A DNA stretch of 62,915 bases, counting the filler, from Octopus bimaculoides (Eukaryota), in assembly GCF_001194135.2 (NCBI RefSeq). It is 7 parts of 7 records of this genome, joined end to end, with 100 filler letters (N's around TTAATTAATTAA, not from the genome) between each part and the next. Parts side by side here need not be neighbours in the genome. Positions count along the whole stretch, not along the records: positions 45,682 to 56,959 come from NC_069010.1; positions 57,060 to 62,915 come from NC_068983.1; 5 more parts are not named here. One strand, written 5' to 3'. The translations under genes were made by a program, and so were the position numbers. The notes below the pieces were generated by a model that was not told the origin of the DNA, did not search any database, and was given only the letters and a program-made list of their open reading frames with translations. Positions 52,102 to 62,915 of the stretch are shown here, piece by piece. How positions within the stretch are numbered: the first letter of the stretch is position 1; each line of letters begins with the position of its first letter.

Positions 52102-54104
52102 CTGCAGGAGACAAAATGAAAGGAAAAGAATAATGAGATAAAGAAGAAAAATACAAAAAAAAAGAATTATGATTAAAAAATTCTGTTTTGTTTTGAAATT
52201 CCTGACAACTACCACCTCGGGCCACTGAATCCCATGGAGCAGAATAGGTTTTGGAGCAACAGAGCTTACTGTGGACAGAAACCAATTCTATCTTATTTTT
52301 TATTGTCTTTTTTTTTTTTTTCAGTATAGTTGTGTAGTTAAGAAGCTCATTTTGCGACCACATGGTTCTGGGTTCAGTCCCACTGCATGGCACCTTAGGA
52401 AAGTGTTGCTTCTACCTACCACAGCCCCAGGCCAACTAATGTCTCGTCAATGGATTTAGCAAATGGAAACTGTGTCAAAGCCTTCTGTACACACGCACAC
52501 ATGTATTCTACTCTTTTACTTGTTTCAGGCATTTGACTGCAGCCATGCTGGGGACTGTCACATTAAGTTGACAGTATACAACTACTTCATGGCAAAATTA
52601 TATAAAGTAAATATGTTGGGCCTCATTCCTTTCGAGCATTGGGCCTCACAAAGACAAAGTGGTTGTGTTCCTTTCAAGTGTTGGGTGACACGGAGGCAAT
52701 GACCAAGACCTTTGGCATTAAATCGTGCTTGAGAAGAAGACCCATCAAGCCGAGCAAAACCACAATCGTAGCAGATACCGGTGTCGCGCAAATTGGCACC
52801 CGTGCCAGTGGCATGTGAACACACCCCAGTGTCACACAAATGTCACCCATGCCGGTGGCACATAAAAGCACCCATTACACTCTCGGAGCGGTTGGCATTA
52901 GGAAGGGGCATCCAGCTGTAGAAAACCATGCCAAATCAGACTGGAGTCTGGTGCAGCCTTCCAGTCAATAGTCCAACCCATGCCAGCATGGACAACGGAT
53001 GTTAAATGATGATGATGATACTGATAATGATGGCAGCAAACTTATTTTACCAAATACTTCATTATTTTCAAAATTAATTAAAAATTTAAAAAAATGACAT
53101 ATTTCAACAGAAATATCCTAGTTTTATAATTCAGCTTCCTGATCTTTCCATCATCATCATCATCATCANNNNNNNNNNNNNNNNNNNNNNNNNNNNNNNN
53201 NNNNNNNNNNNNNNNNNNNNNNNNNNNNNNNNNNNNNNNNNNNNNNNNNNNNNNNNNNNNNNNNNNNNNNNNNNNNNNNNNNNNNNNNNNNNNNNNNNNN
53301 NNNNNNNNNNNNNNNNNNNNNNNNNNNNNNNNNNNNNNNNNNNNNNNNNNNNNNNNNNNNNNNNNNNNNNNNNNNNNNNNNNNNNNNNNNNNNNNNNNNN
53401 NNNNNNNNNNNNNNNNNNNNNNNNNNNNNNNNNNNNNNNNNNNNNNNNNNNNNNNNNNNNNNNNNNNNNNNNNNNNNNNNNNNNNNNNNNNNNNNNNNNN
53501 NNNNNNNNNNNNNNNNNNNNNNNNNNNNNNNNNNNNNNNNNNNNNNNNNNNNNNNNNNNNNNNNNNNNNNNNNNNNNNNNNNNNNNNNNNNNNNNNNNNN
53601 NNNNNNNNNNNNNNNNNNNNNNNNNNNNNNNNNNNNNNNNNNNNNNNNNNNNNNNNNNNNNNNNNNNNNNNNNNNNNNNNNNNNNNNNNNNNNNNNNNNN
53701 NNNNNNNNNNNNNNNNNNNNNNNNNNNNNNNNNNNNNNNNNNNNNNNNNNNNNNNNNNNNNNNNNNNNNNNNNNNNNNNNNNNNNNNNNNNNNNNNNNNN
53801 NNNNNNNNNNNNNNNNNNNNNNNNNNNNNNNNNNNNNNNNNNNNNNNNNNNNNNNNNNNNNNNNNNNNNNNNNNNNNNNNNNNNNNNNNNNNNNNNNNNN
53901 NNNNNNNNNNNNNNNNNNNNNNNNNNNNNNNNNNNNNNNNNNNNNNNNNNNNNNNNNNNNNNNNNNNNNNNNNNNNNNNNNNNNNNNNNNNNNNNNNNNN
54001 NNNNNNNNNNNNNNNNNNNNNNNNNNNNNNNNNNNNNNNNNNNNNNNNNNNNNNNNNNNNNNNNNNNNNNNNNNNNNNNNNNNNNNNNNNNNNNNNNNNN
54101 NNNN

Positions 54105-54330
54105 TCGAAAATCCTACGAAGGCCAGTCAGGCGGTACTGGCAACGGCCACGCTCAAAATGGTGCATCTCATGTGCCACCCGCACAAGAGCCAGTCCAGGG
54201 GCACTGGCAACGATCTCGCTCGAAAATCCTACGAAGGCCAGTCAGGCGGTACTGGCAACGGCCACGCTCAAAATGGTGTATTTTACGTGCCACCCGCACA
54301 AGAGCCAGTCAGGCGGTACTGGCAACAAAA
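54105..54330. repeat. 115-bp tandem repeat (two copies visible, continuing into a gap), internal region of the Meta-like SINE
   Basis: Unit starts tcgaaaatcc at 54105 and 54220. The same unit occurs at 49790-49886. Confidence 0.85.
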
Positions 54331-54772
54331 AAAAAAAACAATTTATGATAATAAGGTCAAAAGGGAATGAACAGAAACCGAAAAACCACAGCCAAATGCA
54401 TAACCGAGAACTACAGGTCTTAGAAATTTGCACCACATGCAGTAAACAGCATAACTAGATGCAAGTGCATGCGTATTACAGATGATGCATTACATATATG
54501 CAACAGCAACAAAACACTGCACACAAAGGTGCAGAGGACTATGCACCATAGAGCAGCAAAAGCATGCAACAAAAATTATAGGAATAATTCCTGGAATTCG
54601 GTGGGGACGGCGGGGGTGGGGTTCAAGTCAAATAACATCGACCCCCAAAAGGATGAAAGGCAAAGTCGACCTCAGTGGGAATTGAACTCAGAACGTAAAC
54701 ACGGACGAAATACCACTAAGAATTTTGCCCACCGTGCCTACAATTTTGCCAGCTCACAGCCTTAATAATAAC

Positions 54773-54809
<37 letters not shown>

Positions 54810-54814
54810 TGTTC

Positions 54815-55150
54815 CTCTAAAAGAAATGGAGAAACTTTCAAAATACAAAGACCTGGAAATAGAGGTAACTCGAATGTGGAACCTAAAAACAGAAACAATT
54901 CCTATCATAGTGGGTGCCTTAGGTATAATAAAAAAATATTCAGACAAATACATAACAAAAACACCAGGACTTACAAATATATATAACATACAAAAAATTG
55001 CACTACTGGGCACTGCACACATCCTACGCAAAACACTTTCAATTCAGTAACCATAAGAGCACCACAGCAAACCACAGCACATACCCAAGGCGCACAGAGC
55101 TGTGCTCGGTAGTGAAGTGAAAGCACGTTATAAAAATAAAACTACTGAAT
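54815..55150 (+). mobile_element. 5'-truncated R4/Dong-like LINE 3' end flanked by (TAA)n
   Basis: EKLSKYKDLEIEVTRMW...IPIIVGALG...IQKIALLGTAHILRK* followed by a UTR. Confidence 0.9.
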
Positions 55151-55829
55151 AATAATAATAATAATAATAATTCCTATCATAAAACTACTGAATACTCATC
55201 ATCATCATCATCATCATCGTTGTCGTTTAACGTCCGCTTTCCATGCTAGCATGGGTTGAATGATTTGACTGAGGACTGGTGAAACCAGATGGCAACACCA
55301 GGCTCCAATCTAAATTNNNNNNNNNNGATTTGACTGAGGACTGGTGAAACCAGATGGCAACACCAGGCTCCAATCTAAATTTGGCAGAGTTTCTACAGCT
55401 GGATGCCCTTCCTAACGCCAACCACTCAGAGAGTGCAGTGGGTGCCTTTTTACGTGCCACCCACACGAAGGCCAGACAGGCGGTACTGGCAACGGTACTG
55501 AATACTAATAATAATAATCCTTTCTACTAAAGGCACAAGGCCTGAAATTTGGGGGAGGGGACCAGTTGATTACATCAACCACAGTATTCAACTGGTACTT
55601 AATTTATCGACACCGAAAGGATGAAAAGCCACTAAGCATTTTCCCCAGGGTGCTAATGATTCTGCCAGCTCACTTCCTTTATTGTCGTTGGCGTCCTTTT
55701 GTCTCAGGAGACAATGATGGAGTTGCACATAAACTAATCCAGTCTGGTTTTTTACATATCATGTCTTCTCCTTTGCGCAGGCCTGGGCTAGATGTAAGAA
55801 AACCCTGGGTAGCCCAATCACCATGCACT

Positions 55830-56470
55830 GCTCTCTCACTCAATAATAATGACAATAGGTCCACGAATTGGAGGGTCAACCTTAGGAATGAGCATGTGTC
55901 TCCACTGCGCTGTATTTGTAACAGAGTGGATGAAACCATTGCCCACATTACATACAAATACCCTAGACTTGCCCAGAACTACTACGAGTTGTGGTGAAAT
56001 GATGAGATGGCAAAAGTGCTACTTAGGAAACTGTGCAAAAAGTGGGGTCTAGGGAAAGACAAGATGTAACATGAAGGCGGCGATCAGGCAGAATCGTTAG
56101 CACGTCGGGCGAAATGCTTAGCGGTATTTCGCCTGCCGTTACGTTCTGAGTTCAAATTCCGCCGAGGTCGACTTTGCCTTTCATCCTTTCGGGGTCGATA
56201 AATTAAGTATCAGTTACGCACTGGTATCGATGTAATCGACTTAATCCCTTTATCTGTCCTTGTTTGTCCCCTCTATGTTTAGCCCCTTGTGGGCAGTAAA
56301 GAAAATAAGATGTAACATGAGCACATACTGCAGAGAGTGGCAGAGTCGGAGAGCTGCAAAACCCGCTGGGATTTCCCAAGCCAAACAGATAAGGTGGTAG
56401 AGCATAAAAGACCAGACCTAGTGGTGGTCAACAAGATGCACCAGATGTGCTATATAAACCCAGGGTTAAA

Positions 56471-56502
<32 letters not shown>

Positions 56503-56720
56503 TTGGAAGGCACCAAGAGGATATAAAAGGAAATCGGAAGAGAGTGCCCAGAAGAACTGTTACAAAAGGTTGGCCTCCTTGGCACGGCCAGAATAATTAG
56601 GAGAATATTGGATGGTTGGAAAGAACAGATAGCATGGTACCATGAGCTGCAGGCAGCAAACCTGCTATGCATGCAAGACTCCAGGAGTTCCAACAAAACT
56701 TGAGATAAAAAGAATAAATA
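55830..56720 (+). mobile_element. R4/Dong-like remnant carrying a nested family B SINE (56075-56306, 14-bp TSD aagatgtaacatga)
   Basis: HITYKYPRLAQ, WDFPSQTDKVVEHKRPDLVVV and LLQKVGLLGTARII motifs. TSD at 56061-56074 and 56307-56320. Confidence 0.85.
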
Positions 56721-56760
56721 ATAATAAATGATAACAACAACAACAACAATAATAATAATG

Positions 56761-56805
<45 letters not shown>

Positions 56806-56834
56806 GCAGAAAACAAAACAAAAGAGACAAAAAC

Positions 56835-56959
56835 CTTCCATTCCATAATTTCTTCACCTCCGACAGAGTTCCCAGCAGCATCGCCACCATGGTCTGACTG
56901 GGAATTGAACCCTTGCATCTGGGCATTGTTTTTCTGATAGTGTCGATGGCGACCACTTC
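56835..56959 (-). CDS. PKDCC: PKDCC/VLK-like gene, exon a (5' part lost in gap): end of kinase domain plus linker, (R)SGRHRHYQKNNAQMQGFNSQSDHGGDAAGNSVGGEEIMEWK
   Basis: Open frame ending at donor AAG|GTTTTT in phase 0, matching the next exon. RSG resembles the 'YRSG' that closes the vertebrate PKDCC kinase domain. Truncated by the N-gap at 56960. Confidence 0.7.
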
Positions 56960-57184
56960 NNNNNNNNNNNNNNNNNNNNNNNNNNNNNNNNNNNNNNNNN
57001 NNNTTAATTAATTAANNNNNNNNNNNNNNNNNNNNNNNNNNNNNNNNNNNNNNNNNNNNCGTTTAACTGGTCTCTGATGATGGGATATCATTTATTTCTC
57101 TGAAACAGCTGTAAGACAACCTTTATCTTTTTAAACGTCCTAGAAATATCACATTGTCTCGGCCTTGTTTCCTTATTTTATTTA

Positions 57185-57217
<33 letters not shown>

Positions 57218-57612
57218 TGCACACACACACACAAACACACACACACACACACACACACATACCTGCAGAACCTTTTGTTAGTCATCTCTGCCTGTGTGTT
57301 TCCAACTTGTCTAGCACGTTTCTTAACACTATACAAATACATTATAGCCTTTGGGCAACAAACTTTCTGACTGAAATTGGTAAAAAGAAAACTGTATGAA
57401 ATACCTATCAGATAGCTTGTATCTATGAATAGACGAGTGTCTTATCACAAAGCCCATTGTCATGTGCTGAATCTATTCGAAGATTAAGTTAAATGTTCAA
57501 GATTCTGTACAATGCCCAACCACTTGCTACTATTAGCGTGTAGTTCATTGAATGATCAACTACAATCTTCCTTTGTTGAAAGAAACGCAACACCCGTTGA
57601 TTCCTCATTCAG

Positions 57613-57657
57613 GCTATCACTCGGATGAAGACGGATCACTTTATCGATTTGATATTG
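57613..57657 (+). CDS. MAM/LDLa gene, 45-nt exon (GYHSDEDGSLYRFDI)
   Basis: ttcctcattcag| ... TTG|GTAAGG, phase 1 to 1, in frame with the next exon. Confidence 0.75.
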
Positions 57658-57886
57658 GTAAGGATGTAAAAATCTTTGTTACAACATCAGATAAATAAAG
57701 TGATTTGAGAGCTATTTGGAATATTTTTGTGTTTTAAAATATATAAATATATTTGTTACTATTTCAAAAATTAATAATTAATATTTGAAAAATCCCAAAT
57801 ATAAATTCTGATTTCTTCTGCTCAGTCGCTTCATGATTCAGTAACTATGCTATAATTTCTAATCCTTTCCCTTTTTTTATATACAG

Positions 57887-58210
57887 GCACTCTGCAGGTT
57901 TTTGGAGGAAAAGGGGAAATCTTATCACCCGCTGAAATATTGGGAAAGTCATGTGTAAAATTCAGGTATATTACACAAGGTGCTGTAGTCGGAAATTTCT
58001 CTATTATTTCACATAAACTGAATTCTGATGGTAAAGTTACACGTTCTTTAGAATGGAGCGAAACATTTTTCAATGATAAAGATGGAATCTATGAAGGACA
58101 AATTCAGACTCAAGGAGGAAATATTTTCTTCAAAATCAAAACATATTTAGAGTCTGGAAGCTTATCTCTTGATGACATCACAGTATCTAAAGGAGTCTGT
58201 CTTAAATTGA
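57887..58210 (+). CDS. MAM domain exon (GTLQVFGGKGEILSP..SCVKFRY...LEW...SLSLDDITVSKGVC)
   Basis: Acceptor ctttttttatatacag|, donor TGA|GTTAGT, 324 nt (phase 1 to 1). Shows MAM hallmarks L.SP, C..F.Y, W and LDDI.v..G.C. Confidence 0.9.
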
Positions 58211-58559
58211 GTTAGTACTTACTTTCTATTTTATTTTATTTTATCGTACTTGTATTATATGATATTTTACTTCAAATAGCTTTCGACGATTGCTACAGGT
58301 AAGAGACATTTTAGCATAGGTCTGGTCAATGAGAATTCACGTGAAGTTAATAACCACAGTTTCAAAGCTCATACCCATCCCATTGAAACTACTCAAATAA
58401 AACTATGTCTGCTACGCCTTTCTACTAAATGTTTAGATGCAATCGTACAATGAGAAATGATGAATCCACAAAGCTATTGCTAACATTTGCAAAAACACAA
58501 ACCAACAAAATATTTTGGTTGGCTTTTTAAATTCTAGTTGGTTGGCAATTAACGGTTTT

Positions 58560-59360
58560 AGATAGTTCATCAGAAAAGATACTGTACGAAGATTAAGAGT
58601 TTCGAATGAATGTACCTATTTAACACATGCTCTTATTACTGGTTGCGCATGGGTTTTTGAGATATACAATGACTATCACCTCTTTCAACATACCAGTGAT
58701 TCTACTGCACATGAGCATCCACAGTTTATAACACGTACACCGTGTTGACTTACTATTTACTACCTATTCCTTTCCTGCGTATAGTGCAAGACCATTTATC
58801 TGATGGCTGAAAGGTTCTGCCTTACCTTTAGTATTTGATTAAGTTTACCATGAAGTTGTGAGAGTTTAGCTTTCGTTTCCACGTCTAGAATTTTCTCTGG
58901 CCACCACAAAATTAGAGAGCATGAAGTTTTAACAAAAGATTTCTCGTGATCAAAAGAACCTAATTATATTGTCTTTCCTACTTCCTAAATGCTTCCGCTG
59001 TTGTCTCACTACAAAAACAACCTTGATAGTCTACAAACTGACACAAAGCTGATATGAATTCCATCCAGGTTACTCCCGTTTTTATCTCTTCCAGTAACTT
59101 TTATAATCTGGTCTATCAATTAAAATACTTATGAAGTTGATTCTCACTTGTGAATACCATTTATTTTTAAAGTATTCAAGAGTGATTGAGTATATGAAGA
59201 TAGGTAATCCGTTTTCCCCATGCGGTTATGACCATGATGCTGGCAACCTCAGTGGCTTGTCTCTTCTATAGTTCTATTTGTGGTAGGTAATTTCTCTCTT
59301 ATGTTCTTCTTGTCGAGCAGCTACTCCTAATAACATTTGCATACCTCTTTCATTTCAATC
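58560..59360 (-). mobile_element. Highly decayed LINE RT C-terminal remnant (I/Jockey-like?)
   Basis: Weak xLGV.LD and WG motifs with many stops. Confidence 0.35.
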
Positions 59361-59389
59361 GGAGGAAAGGCAGGCATGCCGTTATCATT

Positions 59390-59608
59390 TTTTTCTTTTC
59401 TACTCTAGGCTCTAGGCCTGAAATTTTGCGGAGGGGACAGGTCGATTACATCGACCCTAGTGCATCACTGGTACTTAATTTATCGACCCTGAAAGGATGA
59501 AAGGCAACGTTGACCTCGGCGGAATTTGAACTAAGAATATAAAGTCGGACGAAATGCCGTTAAGCATTTTGTACGGCATGTTAATGATTCTGCCAGTTCA
59601 CCGCCTTA
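59390..59608 (-). mobile_element. Family B SINE with a 14-bp TSD (atgccgttatcatt)
   Basis: TSD at 59376-59389 and 59609-59622. Confidence 0.9.
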
Positions 59609-60154
59609 ATGCCGTTATCATTCTGCACGCACGTGTTTAAAATTTGATTCAATTTTTGTGTGTATAAAACCTTTTTGTGTATAAAATTCGCTATCATTCA
59701 TGTTTCCTAAATTCTGTTTGTCGTGTTAAATAAATATTTTTAATATTCTTTCTTTTGTAAACTTTAAGAATCATTACTAAATGTATTTCAACAGTATTAT
59801 TTTTAATGCAAATATAACAGAAACTTCAAATACATATATNNNNNNNNNNNNNNNNNNNNNNNNNNNNNNNNNNNNNNNNNNNNNNNNNNNNNNNNNNNNN
59901 NNNNCATATATTTTAAATATTGAGGTATATTGATTTGCTTAACTTTTATTATATCGTATTTTATATCATTTGAACTGCTGGAAATAAGTCATCTTCTAAA
60001 AGCTTCATTCACCAATTAAAAGTATTGTTGAGATTGTAAATATTCTTAATATGTACTCTACACTCTAACAACGGACTCATGTTTCAGGAAGTTATGATCA
60101 AGTCAAATATTTAGAACTTTAATCAATACCAGTCATTATTTCTATTAATTATAG

Positions 60155-60265
60155 ATTGTCCAGAAAATACCTTTGTGTGTCCCGACAAGACCAAATGTAT
60201 TCATGAAAAGAACAAATGTAACAATTATTGGAATTGCAAAGACGGCAGCGATGAAAACAAATGTC
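60155..60265 (+). CDS. LDL-receptor class A repeat exon (CPENTFVCPDKTKCIHEKNKCNNYWNCKDGSDENKC)
   Basis: Six Cys, F.C and C.DGSDE signature. ttaattatag| ... C|GTAAGT, 111 nt, phase 1 to 1. Confidence 0.95.
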
Positions 60266-61824
60266 GTAAGTAAACACATAACATTATTAAATGGTGTCAA
60301 CTAAGAAGAGATGAGTATTAGTTTATAGAACAAAAAAACCTTAATACGCTTTATAGGCAGTGGATCAGATATAATATTTTACAATACTTATTCCAAGGAA
60401 TTCAAATTCCTTACACAAGTCAACTTTGTTTTTCATCCTTCATTGAACGATAAGTAAACTATGAATTTATGGCCATTGGCTGATGGAAACGTCAAAGTTT
60501 CGTATGAGATGTTTTGCGACATTTGTTTCGAGCCAAAGCATTCTGAGATCACACACAAACCTATCCTTAATGGATGGAAAACTTATTTCGTTGCCCAGTT
60601 TAACACCACCAGTTGATTTTGATAGCTTTTAGCAGAGACTACACTGTTGAAAGTATTTATGGTAGGTTTCTGGCTTGAGGATACATCACTCTCTAACTTG
60701 ACTCGAAGATCGGGTAAAGGTTCATAGGCCCCACACTATCTATTGACTAAGTTATGTAAAATATTTTTGTTATCCATATATGTTTGATTACATAAGTATG
60801 TTTATATGCAATGTTTGTACACACACACACATACACACAAACACACACACACAAATACGCACACACAGAAACACACACAGACACACACACATATACACAC
60901 ACACATACACACGTATCTGGTAGTGATGACTGGTTCGGGAATTCCAGGTTTTTAATGAATGTAGAATCATCTATTGTAACCTAGGTCTACTCTGACTCGG
61001 GATAATCAAACTCGTTAATGTCACAACTTGGGATTAATAAGCGTATCGTGGGATTGCTTTCGGACCCAGTGTAGATGTGACCCTTCGGCGCTTTTGCTGC
61101 TCATCTAAGAGAAAGTAATTCCATATAAATACTACAATCTGATAACTACTGGCCTCGTGGCACTTGTTGCATTAGACCAATACAAGTTTGAAAGACGAGA
61201 GAGGAGAACTGGTTCTACACAAACCATACCCATTATAATATTAAACTGTCGCTGTCCGGCAGGATAATTTATTGAGTTTTTAAAAAGGTTGTAGGAGTGA
61301 ACCCCTATAGAATATCTGGAGGGAGAGACACTAAGTCAGATATGTAATCAATATGTGACACGCTTAAGGCGTCATGGATGCTGTGAACAAATTGATAGTC
61401 TTTCCCTCGTGACATTTCCACGAGTGCAGAGGTACTAATTACACACGGGACTCGGCACTTGCTTCTGTAAACAGCCCAGGCATAGCAAAAGAGGAAAGTT
61501 ATTTCTCTTCTCTATAAGTAAAAACAATGAATTTCATTGGGCTTTTATTGTATAACTATGAGAATAAAACAGAGGAACGAAAGCAATTGGCGAAAATATT
61601 TTAATGAATTTACATGAGGGTTACATGTGGGAAATCCAATCAAAAATTATTATTCATATTTTTATTATGAAAAATTGGATAACATAGTCAGAAAAATGGA
61701 TCGAAAACTGTGTTACCGAGTGAAGGAATGCTGTGGGATATAGTAGAACGTTTTTCAAAGAAGAAAGAAGACATATAAGAAGGAAATTATTAAACATCGA
61801 TTTGCAACTGTTAAAAACATTCCA

Positions 61825-62230
61825 CAGGAGTGGCTGTGTGGTAAGTAACTTGCTTACCAACCACATGGTTCCGGGTTCAGTCCCACTGCGTGGCATCTTG
61901 GGCAAGTGTCTTCTACTATAGCCTCGGGCCGACCAAAGCCTTGTGAGTGGATTTGGTAGACGGAAACTGAAAGAAGCCTGTCGTATATTATGTGTGTATA
62001 TATATATATATATACGTGTGTGTGTGTGTGTGTGTGTTTGTGTGTCTGTGTTTGTCCCCCTAGCATTGCTTGACAAACGATGCTGGTGTGTTTATGTCCC
62101 CGTCACTTAGCGATAGAATAAGTTACTAGGCTTACAAAGAATAAGTCCTGGGGTCGATTTGCTCGACTAAAGGCGGTGCTCCAGCATGGCCGCAGTCAAA
62201 TGATTGAAACAAGTAAAAGAGTAAAAGAGT
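61825..62230 (+). mobile_element. SINE family A, full length, young (CpG intact)
   Basis: tRNA-like head (gtggctgtgtggtaag...ggttcagtcc), internal microsatellite, (gtaaaaga)n tail. Confidence 0.9.
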
Positions 62231-62339
62231 ATATAAAACACTATTGAAAGACCTTGGATATCAACAAAAATATGCAAGGAGACTTATGATTTCACACATT
62301 AATAAAACACCGAATGTTATCAGTATTAAAACGCTCTGC

Positions 62340-62820
62340 AAGAAAGATGATTTTTGACCATCAAAAATATGGTCTGATGAAAGCAAATCCTGCCAATTTT
62401 CCAGGTGAAGACAAATATACGTGGTGCACCACAAGCCAATGGAGATCCAAACAATACTGAGAAAATGAGAAAATAGTCATTCATTTAGGATATATTTATG
62501 TGTAAATAATGAATACACACAGATATATATATTCAATCTTGGGCGTATTTTACTGGGTCCGAGTGAGAAAAAAATAAGTGATGAGAACTGCCATAGGAAG
62601 TTTGCAAGACATGGTGCATCGATTACCACAGTAGAGTCATGATGGAACGGACGCTGGAAGAGGTGGAGTAGACCAAGAGGAGGACCAAGGAAAAGCATGG
62701 TTGCAGTACTTTCGGGAACGACATGAATACGATAGGATTTAATCCTAGTGGAGCCTAGAGGAAGGTGAAAGTTCGTTGACCGTTGTGCCGATAACACTGG
62801 GAGATCTAAGAGTTAAGAGA
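62340..62820 (+). mobile_element. Tc1 fragment (IWSDESK) followed by an RTE-like 3' fragment (SRPRGGPRK)
   Basis: Short motifs only. Confidence 0.4.
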
Positions 62821-62915
62821 AATATATGTCCATATAAAGATATATAAAGACATGCATGTATAAATATATTCACATATGTACTATGTACGCATGTATGCAT
62901 ATATATATATATATA

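Noticed and set aside
55257-55380. ~50-bp duplication across a 10-N gap
   Set aside because: Same overlap artefact.
56885-56930. tRNA-like 3' end on the minus strand (gggttcaattcccagtcagacca)
   Set aside because: No cloverleaf can be built, and the segment is better explained as coding exon a.
61226-61311. Minus-strand segment with a good acceptor and donor (YSIGVHSYNLFKNSINYP...)
   Set aside because: No resemblance to PKDCC kinase motifs and no compatible neighbouring exon found.
61825-61900. tRNA-like A/B boxes (many copies in the window)
   Set aside because: These are SINE heads, not tRNA genes.

Overview
Eukaryotic genomic DNA from a gapped draft assembly. It is probably an octopod cephalopod, inferred from the SINE families and the very high microsatellite density. 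Most of the window is microsatellite, tRNA-derived SINE, and decayed LINE or DNA-transposon remnant. Two protein-coding genes can be reconstructed by hand from splice sites and reading phase. (1) A minus-strand gene has six phase-compatible exons (56959 to 47239). It encodes the end of a PKDCC/VLK secreted tyrosine kinase and its Cys-containing C-terminal domain. Instead of stopping there as vertebrate PKDCC does, it reads on through a linker containing R-E-K-R into a second, FAM20/four-jointed/FAM198-type kinase fold that appears to lack catalytic residues. This candidate kinase-pseudokinase tandem fusion is the main finding. (2) A plus-strand MAM + LDL-receptor class A gene fragment (57613-60265) lies where upstream introns of the kinase gene would be. 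Other observations: long foldback palindromes, several Penelope-type hammerhead ribozyme cores, a LINE with a 5' inversion, and a CpG-depleted ~17-46 kb domain with orphan exon-like segments that may hide another gene. No rRNA, true tRNA gene or CRISPR array was seen. All homology calls are from visual motif recognition; no database searches were run.
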